Source: an uncultured Candidatus Saccharibacteria bacterium (GTDB lineage: Bacteria; Patescibacteriota; Minisyncoccia; Sungbacterales; JBBTQR01). From it: a stretch of 50,290 bases of DNA. This document shows, in pieces, positions 17,458 to 24,519 of this stretch. The notes beneath the pieces were generated by a model. The model was not told the origin of the DNA. It saw nothing but the letters and a program-made list of their open reading frames with translations, and searched no databases. The translations under genes and the position numbers were made by a program. Numbering within the stretch: the first letter of the stretch is position 1; each line of letters opens with the position of its first letter. The DNA is taken from assembly GCA_964365285.1 (NCBI GenBank), contig CAYIPF010000002.1, positions 1-50,290 of the forward strand, in the 5' to 3' direction.

Positions 17458-18303
17458 TTAACGCGCCGTCCATCCGCCGTCAACGATCAGAACCGTACCC
17501 GTCACATACTCCGATGCCCGCGAAGCGAGAAAAAGAACCGCCCCATTATAATCCGTTGGTTTTGCCATTCTTCCAAGAATCGTTCTTTTTTCATATTCGC
17601 GAACAAATTCAGGATCAAGATCAGAAGTATACACACCCCCTGGAGCCAATGTATTTACTCTAATCCCAAAAGGTCCGGCATATTCAGAAAGCCATTTGGT
17701 AAAACCGATCATCGCTGATTTGGCAACGGTATACGACACCGGCTTATAATATTTTTCGCCCTTTCGCCTTCTGAATTCATAAAGCGATTGATCGGGAGAC
17801 ACAACCCCGTATGTGGAAGAAACATTTATAATACTGCCTTTCTTTTTCGCGCGGCGTAGTGCGCGAATAACCGCCTGTGAAACAAAAAAAGCGCTTTTCA
17901 TATGAGAATCAATCATTGTCTCCCACGCCTCGCTAGAATAATCTTCAAACGGCCCATCAATTAACATAGAACTATTCGGCATGGCGCCGAGTCCGGCATT
18001 ATTTACTAAAATCGTCGGTGTCCCAAATCTTTTTTCAACATTCAAAATAATTTCATCAACGGCGTTCTTATCCGTTAAATCAACGCGATATTCAAAAATC
18101 GGAAGCTTTTTCTTTTTCAACAAAGCAATTTTTTTACTACTCGATGTTTTTATGTCTAAAACAGCAACCTTGGCTCCAGCCCGAGCTAATGTTTCGGCAT
18201 ATTCACCGCCAAGCATTCCTTGTCCGCCTGTTACCACGGCAACCTCTCCCGACAAATCAAAAAAAATTTTCAAATCGCGCGTTTTTAATTTAATCTTTTT
18301 CAT
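17458..18303 (-). CDS. short-chain dehydrogenase/reductase (SDR)
   Basis: 281 aa. VAVVTGGQGMLGG (TGxxxGxG), NNAG, and YTVAKSA (YxxxK). Confidence 0.85.
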   Translation of the reverse strand: MKKIKLKTRDLKIFFDLSGEVAVVTGGQGMLGGEYAETLARAGAKVAVLDIKTSSSKKIALLKKKKLPIFEYRVDLTDKNAVDEIILNVEKRFGTPTILVNNAGLGAMPNSSMLIDGPFEDYSSEAWETMIDSHMKSAFFVSQAVIRALRRAKKKGSIINVSSTYGVVSPDQSLYEFRRRKGEKYYKPVSYTVAKSAMIGFTKWLSEYAGPFGIRVNTLAPGGVYTSDLDPEFVREYEKRTILGRMAKPTDYNGAVLFLASRASEYVTGTVLIVDGGWTAR

Positions 18304-18366
18304 AAAATAAATACATTAAACCTTATGCGCATAAAACCTGCTATAAAACAGCATATGATCTAATAT

Positions 18367-18376
18367 AGTATAACAG
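18367..18376 (-). promoter_or_regulatory. candidate extended -10 promoter (TGTTATACT) for the SDR-transketolase-neu operon
   Basis: Minus-strand CTGTTATACT lies between the ALDH terminator and the SDR start. No good -35 element. Confidence 0.3.
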
Positions 18377-18399
18377 AAAAATGCGATAAAAGGTTGCAT

Positions 18400-18448
18400 A
18401 AAAAAACCGTTCCACTGGATAGACAATTATGCCTATCCAGTGGAACGG
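18400..18448 (-). terminator. rho-independent terminator after the aldehyde dehydrogenase gene
   Basis: Perfect 16-bp stem CCGTTCCACTGGATAG / CTATCCAGTGGAACGG with a 10-nt loop, followed by T7 on the minus strand. It starts 3 nt after the stop codon. Confidence 0.85.
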
Positions 18449-18450
18449 AA

Positions 18451-19890
18451 TTATTGATAACTCACCTGCTTCCAATCGGCATAGAAATCCAAAGCCGCAC
18501 GCCCCGGCTCACGCCATCCGTCTCCAGATACCCCCATACCGCCAAACGACATATGAGATTCAGAACCGTGCGTTGGTCCATTGATACGGACAACGCCCGC
18601 CCTATATAAATTTTCAAACGCTCTTTGTCGTTTATAGTCCTGCGTACAAACAGCACCCGTAAGTTTATAAGCGGAATTATTCGCAAGTCGGACAGCATCA
18701 TCGAATGTTGTTGCGCGATACAAAACCGCAACAGGTCCAAATACTTCTTTGTGAGAAATCGGATCATTTTCCGGAACACCTTCCAAAACCGTTGGCGTAA
18801 GAAAATATCCGACTCCGTCGTTTAGGTTATATAAATTCGTCCCCCTCACCGCGACAACAGCCCCGCGCGAAACAGCGCCAAAGATATCCTGCTCGATTTC
18901 CACCAAACGCTTTTCGCTGATAATGGCGCCATAATTATCCGAATCAGCTGTGCCAACTTTTAATCCCCTTACAAGTTCAATAAACTTATTTTTGAATGTA
19001 TCATACACTCCGTCCATAACAATAATACGACTGGCGGCGGCGCACCTTTGCCCGCCGTCAATAAACGCCGATTGCACAGCAAGCTCCGCCGCGCGATCAA
19101 GATCGGCGTCATCACAAACAACAAATGGATTTTTTCCGCCACCTTCGGCAAGCATCTTCGCGTCCCGTTCAACGGCCTCTCTTCGAATGCGCTTTGCCGT
19201 AGCGGACGAACCGGTAAAACTGATAAATCGAACCCGTTGATCATGAACAAGCGGTAATCCAACTTCATTACCAAATCCCTGAATAACTGAAAAAACTCCC
19301 GCCGGCACGCCAGCATCCTTAAGAACCGTTGCAAACCATATCGGAACATACGGAGCATACTCGTGCGCCTTCAATACAACAGCGTTTCCGCATAAAAGAG
19401 CTGGAAACGATTTCCACGCAACTCCAGCGAGCGGATTATTGAAGGGCGTGATAAGCGCCCCAACTCCAATTGACTGGCGCACATAAAACACCCGCCTTCC
19501 GGGAACTCCGCTTTGCAAAATATATTCGCCGAGGTCTTTTCCGAGTTCAGAAATAAATCGCCCGCATTCAATTGTTGCCTCAACTTCTCCCCGCGCACTT
19601 TTTAAAGATTTCCCGCATTCCAACGCTACAATACCCGTCGCCTCATCTTTCCGCGCTTCAAGGAGCTCTGCCGCTTTACGAATAATCTTTCCCCGCTCAA
19701 CGGATGTCATTCGCGACCAGCCCTCATACGCGTATTCTGCCGATGTTATGGCGTCATTCACCGTTCGTTCATTCCCACGCTGAACATCTGCAAGTTTTTT
19801 ACCGGTTGAGGGATCGTTCTTTGTAAACACAGGAAAAGAATAAACACGCTCATTGTAAATCCAGTGCGGTATTGTCTCTGGATACTTCAT
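18451..19890 (-). CDS. NAD(P)-dependent aldehyde dehydrogenase
   Basis: 479 aa. FTGSSATAKRI, EGGGKNPFVV and GQRCAAASR (catalytic Cys region). GGGGG lies 6 nt upstream of the ATG. Confidence 0.85.
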   Translation of the reverse strand: MKYPETIPHWIYNERVYSFPVFTKNDPSTGKKLADVQRGNERTVNDAITSAEYAYEGWSRMTSVERGKIIRKAAELLEARKDEATGIVALECGKSLKSARGEVEATIECGRFISELGKDLGEYILQSGVPGRRVFYVRQSIGVGALITPFNNPLAGVAWKSFPALLCGNAVVLKAHEYAPYVPIWFATVLKDAGVPAGVFSVIQGFGNEVGLPLVHDQRVRFISFTGSSATAKRIRREAVERDAKMLAEGGGKNPFVVCDDADLDRAAELAVQSAFIDGGQRCAAASRIIVMDGVYDTFKNKFIELVRGLKVGTADSDNYGAIISEKRLVEIEQDIFGAVSRGAVVAVRGTNLYNLNDGVGYFLTPTVLEGVPENDPISHKEVFGPVAVLYRATTFDDAVRLANNSAYKLTGAVCTQDYKRQRAFENLYRAGVVRINGPTHGSESHMSFGGMGVSGDGWREPGRAALDFYADWKQVSYQ

Positions 19891-19926
19891 TATAAACCCC
19901 CATATTTTATGTTAATGAACACCCAA

Positions 19927-19954
19927 ATACTACACAAAAACTATATTTCGTCAA
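19927..19954 (-). promoter_or_regulatory. candidate sigma70-type promoter for the aldehyde dehydrogenase gene
   Basis: Minus strand TTGACG (19949-19954), 16-nt spacer, TAGTAT (19927-19932). Located between repeat R1 and the ATG at 19890. Confidence 0.4.
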
Positions 19955-19970
19955 CTCATCATGCACAAAT

Positions 19971-20127
19971 AATAAAGCTCCTCGGGGCAGAGCCCCGAGG
20001 TATCGTTGGGACTCGCTTCGCTCGTACAATCGTAGGCCGAAGGCAGACGGCATTGACCTTTGTTCCGCCGTCGCGTCGAGAAAATGTGCGCATACGCACA
20101 TTTTCCTCTCCGCTAGGCGTAATAAAA
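19971..20127 (-). repeat. R-family structured repeat, copy R1
   Basis: 157 nt, differing from R2 by 3 substitutions. Contains three hairpins, including GAAAATGTGCG-CATA-CGCACATTTTC (plus strand) and CCTCGGGG-CAGAG-CCCCGAGG. Lies between the stop of cytidylyltransferase 2 and the ALDH promoter. Confidence 0.9.
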
Positions 20128-20142
20128 TTAGCGGACACCTCC

Positions 20143-20910
20143 CTAAACTGGGTGTGTGGGATCGACGGGACCAGCGCCTTCTTTAAACTTCTCAATTAAT
20201 TTTTCGGCAATAAAAAAATCGATTGGCGAATCAATGTCAATCGCCCGTTCTTGAGGGATAATATGATAACGCACCCTATCACCGGTTAAAGAACTGGTAC
20301 TCGAAATCACTTCCGGACGAAAAGCGATAACATTTGCTCGAAAATAAACTTTTTCATAATTTTGTCTAGCGATCGGAGTTACATCCCTACCACTTTCTGT
20401 AAAATAAGAAACGAGATGCTTTCCGCCACTACCGTCATTGATCAGCTTCAATGCTTTATGTGGAATTTGCCGAGCTTCGGCAATTACTACGGCAGATTGA
20501 GCGTTTGGGTCCTTTAAAAGCTCTTCTATGCAGGCGTCAATATCAACAACGCTCTGCAATGGCGCAGTAGCCAGCAAACGAACAACCATATCGGGCTTAT
20601 AACCATCATTTTTATACAACCACTCAATCATGTGTTTCACATATTCAAATTCAGGAGAGCCGTCTGATGCCAATTCTTTTGGCCTTAGATATGGCACTTC
20701 AGCCCCAAATTGTCTTGCAACAATAGCGTACTCTTCAATGTCGGTGGAAACAACGAGCCGATTAATATATTTTGATTCACGAGCCGCATCCAAAATCCAG
20801 CCGACAAGAGGTTTTCCGGCTAATGGTTTAATGTTTTTATGGTGCACCCCCTTAGAGCCGGAACGAACACCGACAATTCCCAAAATCTTTAAATTGGATG
20901 TATCTTTCAT
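20143..20910 (-). CDS. acylneuraminate-type cytidylyltransferase, second copy (CTP_transf_3 family)
   Basis: 255 aa. GIVGVRSGSKGVHHKNIKPLAGKPLVGWIL, VSTD, LLATAPLQ. Confidence 0.75.
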   Translation of the reverse strand: MKDTSNLKILGIVGVRSGSKGVHHKNIKPLAGKPLVGWILDAARESKYINRLVVSTDIEEYAIVARQFGAEVPYLRPKELASDGSPEFEYVKHMIEWLYKNDGYKPDMVVRLLATAPLQSVVDIDACIEELLKDPNAQSAVVIAEARQIPHKALKLINDGSGGKHLVSYFTESGRDVTPIARQNYEKVYFRANVIAFRPEVISSTSSLTGDRVRYHIIPQERAIDIDSPIDFFIAEKLIEKFKEGAGPVDPTHPV

Positions 20911-20928
20911 GCGCTGTATATCCTTGTG

Positions 20929-21846
20929 TTATCTGACATATTTTAATGATTTATAAATCCCCTCAATCGTTGGACAAGCAATTCCATGTTTTTTAGCGCA
21001 ACGAAGAATCGCACCAGGAATTGCCTCCAATTCAGAATCTAATCCACTTGCAATATCTCTTTGAAGAGATGTGGTTAAGTTATCCGCGAATGAATAGATT
21101 AATTTAATCGTCTCATCAAAATCCAAATGTACGCCTTCTTTTTTAGCAACCATTACCCCCTCATACGCACAGTCCTCTAATTTTTTGCGCCATTCTTTAT
21201 TTTTTTTAGCGAAACCCAATGGCTGATTGGTCGCCGCGGTAACACACGCAACAGCATTCAGTCGTACGAGCTTTCTCCAGATTACATCTTTTTCATTGTC
21301 TAGAATTTTTGTATTAATTCCGATTGCCATGAGCATATCACAAACTTTTTGCAATGCCTGATGAGATACATCATCAGAAGCAATTTCTACTTCTGGCGCA
21401 CCGGAAGAAACATGGATTATCTCATTCGCTAAATCTTTTTTTGCCTCTGTTTTACCAATCATGCCAACGACCACCCTCCTTCCCAATTGTTTGCGCAACA
21501 AATCTATGTGCTCAAAACCATTAAGAAGCGGAACAACGATTGAATGTTCAATCAAGTGCCGCGGTATTGAATCTAGGGCTCGCGACAGATCGCCTGCTTT
21601 AGTGGTAATACATAAAATATCGGGCTTAAAATCCAACCGCGAAACGAACCGTGGTCCAGCGATAAAATCTCCAAAGACTTGGCTTCTAAGACGCAGACCG
21701 CTTTTATTTAAATCCTTAATGGTATTGGGTCTTACTATACACAATACAGAAAAACCGCTTTTCCAAAAAAGACACGCTAACAATCCGCCAATTCCGCCAA
21801 CACCCAGAATGGCAATAGAAAGATTATTTTGGCCACGGATGGTCAT
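20929..21846 (-). CDS. 2-dehydropantoate 2-reductase (PanE/ApbA)-family oxidoreductase
   Basis: 305 aa. N-terminal IAILGVGGIGGLLACLF Rossmann motif, with length and layout typical of the ApbA family. Confidence 0.6.
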   Translation of the reverse strand: MTIRGQNNLSIAILGVGGIGGLLACLFWKSGFSVLCIVRPNTIKDLNKSGLRLRSQVFGDFIAGPRFVSRLDFKPDILCITTKAGDLSRALDSIPRHLIEHSIVVPLLNGFEHIDLLRKQLGRRVVVGMIGKTEAKKDLANEIIHVSSGAPEVEIASDDVSHQALQKVCDMLMAIGINTKILDNEKDVIWRKLVRLNAVACVTAATNQPLGFAKKNKEWRKKLEDCAYEGVMVAKKEGVHLDFDETIKLIYSFADNLTTSLQRDIASGLDSELEAIPGAILRCAKKHGIACPTIEGIYKSLKYVR

Positions 21847-22999
21847 GAATTACTTTTTCATTAATTTCTGTTCCCCATCCTAATCCGGAAGGAAGCTCCA
21901 GAAAGCCGTCTGTAACCTTTGGAGAATTTGTAAACAGCTCATCTCTCCATGGGACATCGTCAACATCAAGCTCCATCATTCGCAAGTTTGGAGTCACGGC
22001 GCAAAATTGGGCGCTGATGAAAGTAGAAAGATGACCATTATAATTATGAGGCGTAATATTTACTTCATAAAGCTCTGCCAAATCAGCAATTTTTTTTGAC
22101 TGCGCAAAACCATTCCAAATAATATCAATGCTGGCGATATCCATTGCGTGTCTTTCAAAATAAGGACGGTATTGCCGCGAACCATAAAGATTTTCACAAG
22201 AGGCAATCGGGGTCTTTATTGACTGTTTAATCTGTAGAAGCGCTTCCGGATCATAAGAATCAATTTCCAACCAAAGTAAATTATATTTTTCAAGCATCCG
22301 ACCAATTTTAATATATCCTTCGGTTTTAAAATTAAAGTTCAAATCCAAAATAATATCTATGTCATTACCGACCGCTTCACGCAATGCGCCAACCCACGCA
22401 TCAACAGCGGCTAATATTGACCTATCCGCGTTTAATTCGGGTCCGCCAGCGCTTTTAAAAAATCCGGGCATATACACAATTGGATTGTCTCCCAAAATCC
22501 CAATATTGGTTTTCACGATTTTATAACCACTCGCTAAAATTTCTTTGCCAAATTTTTTAACATCGTCAAAAGATTCAATGTGCGGCTTATTAATCATGTG
22601 CCACGCTCTCACCCGCGAAGTTCCGCAATGCGACCAATACACTGGAATCTTTTCCCGAATCGGACCGCCAAAAAGCTCGCATACCGATATGCCCAATGCT
22701 TTGGATTTAATATCCAATAAGGAATTTTCAATCCCACCAATTGCTTTTTGAATAACACTGCCTGGACTTTGACGAGTTCGGGAATACATTTCCCAATACA
22801 ATTTTTCTGTCAGACGCGGATCTTGACCGATGAGCAACGGAGCGAGATCTTTTATAACGCCCTCCATCCCAAGCGGAGAACCGTTTGAATCAGTGCATTC
22901 ACTCCACCCTATTAATCCCTCGTCGGTTGAAATTTTAATAAAGGTCCATGGACGCCAACCGGCATCACAATGCAGGGTTTTAATATTAGTAATTTTCAT
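21824..22999 (-). CDS. enolase-superfamily (mandelate racemase/muconate lactonizing) sugar-acid dehydratase-like
   Basis: 391 aa. MKITNIKT...WTFIKISTDEGLIGWSE capping domain, AIGGIENSLLDIKSKALGISVCELFGG, WLEID. ATGA overlap with the upstream gene. Confidence 0.7.
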   Translation of the reverse strand: MKITNIKTLHCDAGWRPWTFIKISTDEGLIGWSECTDSNGSPLGMEGVIKDLAPLLIGQDPRLTEKLYWEMYSRTRQSPGSVIQKAIGGIENSLLDIKSKALGISVCELFGGPIREKIPVYWSHCGTSRVRAWHMINKPHIESFDDVKKFGKEILASGYKIVKTNIGILGDNPIVYMPGFFKSAGGPELNADRSILAAVDAWVGALREAVGNDIDIILDLNFNFKTEGYIKIGRMLEKYNLLWLEIDSYDPEALLQIKQSIKTPIASCENLYGSRQYRPYFERHAMDIASIDIIWNGFAQSKKIADLAELYEVNITPHNYNGHLSTFISAQFCAVTPNLRMMELDVDDVPWRDELFTNSPKVTDGFLELPSGLGWGTEINEKVIHDHPWPK

Positions 23000-24084
23000 G
23001 CTTCAAGAATTATGTGATCATTCGTAAGAACCGTATCTGCCAAAATATCTTTTTTTGCTTTTTTTCCAATAACTTGAGGAAGCATTCTCGGCTTTAATCC
23101 ATATCCGGGACTCTTGCATGTAAGCATATCCGCGCGTATCAATGCGCCCGCCGGAATATCAATTTTTGCGACTAAACTTTTACTATGCTTATTCCGAGTT
23201 GCCATTTCTTCTTCAAATAAATACTTTCCAGGCGTCCCTAAAGCCACCTCGATTCTTTTTGCGCCATGCACCATTTTTGTGAATTGCTCAGGATCAACGC
23301 TAACAGTGGCGTGATCCGGCCCGGGCAAATTTTTGTCTAAGGTAAAATGCCGCTCAATGCATTTCGCTCCCAAAGTAACGGCCGCGAGCGTGGGGCTATA
23401 ATCTCTTTCGTGACCAGAATATCCAATCGGCAACGGACTATAACGCTCTTTTAAAAATGGGATGGTCAAAAGGCTCAATCTCTCGTCAACCGACGGATAC
23501 ACCGAAACGCAATGCAAAATAATCAATTGTTTATTATAGCGCAGAATTGTTTCTACAGCGCTATCCAATTCCTCCAATGAAGTCATACCAGTTGATAAAA
23601 TAACAGGCTTTCCTTTTTGAGCGACATACTCTAAAAGCGGAAGATTCGTAGTATCAAAAGAGGCGATTTTATAAAGATCAACCCCAACCTTCTCCAAAAA
23701 ATCAACGCTCTTTTTATCAAAAGGGGTTGCAAAAAATATCGTACCCAGCTCCTGAGAAACGCTTTTTAGCTTTACAAACTCTTCAAAATCCAATTCCAAA
23801 GCTTGCCGATATTCACCATAGGTTTTTCCCAAAACCTGGTCTTTGGTTTGTAGTTTTTCTCGGAGTTCCTTCGCAAACACTTCTTCAATAAATCTTTTCT
23901 GAAATTTTACCGCATCAGCGCCGGATTTTACCGCTTCCTCCATAGTTTTTTTCGCCAAAAAATAATCTCCATTGTGATTATTGCCGATTTCCGCGATAAA
24001 AAAAGCTGGATCTCCTTCGCCGATATATTTATTATTGCCAACCGCGATACGATTAGGCAAATTTTTGTATTTCTTTAAAAACAT
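22996..24084 (-). CDS. NeuB-family ulosonic-acid synthase, second copy (with SAF domain)
   Basis: The true start is probably the ATG at 24082-24084 (MFLKKYKNLPNR...). The track's 411-aa version reads through repeat R2. FFIAEIGNNHNGD, ILSTGM, LHCVSVYPS and GYSGHE motifs. Confidence 0.8.
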   Translation of the reverse strand: MFLKKYKNLPNRIAVGNNKYIGEGDPAFFIAEIGNNHNGDYFLAKKTMEEAVKSGADAVKFQKRFIEEVFAKELREKLQTKDQVLGKTYGEYRQALELDFEEFVKLKSVSQELGTIFFATPFDKKSVDFLEKVGVDLYKIASFDTTNLPLLEYVAQKGKPVILSTGMTSLEELDSAVETILRYNKQLIILHCVSVYPSVDERLSLLTIPFLKERYSPLPIGYSGHERDYSPTLAAVTLGAKCIERHFTLDKNLPGPDHATVSVDPEQFTKMVHGAKRIEVALGTPGKYLFEEEMATRNKHSKSLVAKIDIPAGALIRADMLTCKSPGYGLKPRMLPQVIGKKAKKDILADTVLTNDHIILEA

Positions 24085-24100
24085 AACGCATAAAGACTTT

Positions 24101-24257
24101 AATAAAGCTCCTCGGAGCAGAGCCCCGATGTATCGTTGGGACTCGCTTCGCTCGTACAATCGTAGGCCGAAGGCAGACGGTATTGACCTTTGTTCCGCCG
24201 TCGCGTCGAGAAAATGTGCGCATACGCACATTTTCCTCTCCGCTAGGCGTAATAAAA
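24101..24257 (-). repeat. R-family structured repeat, copy R2
   Basis: 154/157 identical to R1 and in the same orientation. It ends 17 nt upstream of the NeuB-2 ATG at 24084. Confidence 0.9.
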
Positions 24258-24401
24258 CTTAGCACGATGTTGTGTCGTCGTCACAATTAGCGAGTACCTA
24301 TTCATTCATGCTTGCATGTTTTTTATAACTTAAAAACCATGCAAAAAGTTTTAGAACAAAGATTTTTGATGCTATACGCATACAATAGTGTAATTTTAAT
24401 T

Positions 24402-24420
24402 AGATCCACTGCACAATTAT
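24402..24420. repeat. solo fragment of the S-element terminal arm
   Basis: AGATCCACTGCACAATTAT matches the start of S-B (AGACCCACTGCACAATTAT) at 18/19 positions and is preceded by TA. No partner arm was found. Confidence 0.5.
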
Positions 24421-24519
24421 ATAAAGAAAAAACACATCAATCAATAAAAAAAGGGGTAATGAGTTTGCAACATCCGTCATTTAACGCGATTAACGGATAA
24501 GAATTGCCTAACCCCATGC

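Noticed and set aside
19971-20127. R as a known riboswitch (glycine, ykkC, c-di-GMP and others were considered)
   Set aside because: The conserved blocks (CCTAGCG, GGAACAAAGGTCAATRCCG, TGTACGAGCGAAGCGAGT) do not match any riboswitch consensus I can recall. One copy faces the 3' end of a gene. I left it as an unclassified structured repeat.
19959-20195. Repeat-derived ORFs encoding similar peptides (19959-20195 and 24053-24265; 43862-44110 and 47303-47518)
   Set aside because: Their similarity is a by-product of repeated DNA (the R and X elements). Frames are not conserved in the more diverged copies, and there are no Shine-Dalgarno sequences or domains.
24085-24231. 49-codon extension of NeuB-2 (MCVCAHFLDATAEQRS...) and the similar stand-alone ORF 19907-20101
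   Set aside because: Both are read-through of the R repeat. The three R1/R2 substitutions are all non-synonymous in this frame, the sequence is hairpin-rich, and NeuB similarity begins only after the ATG at 24084.
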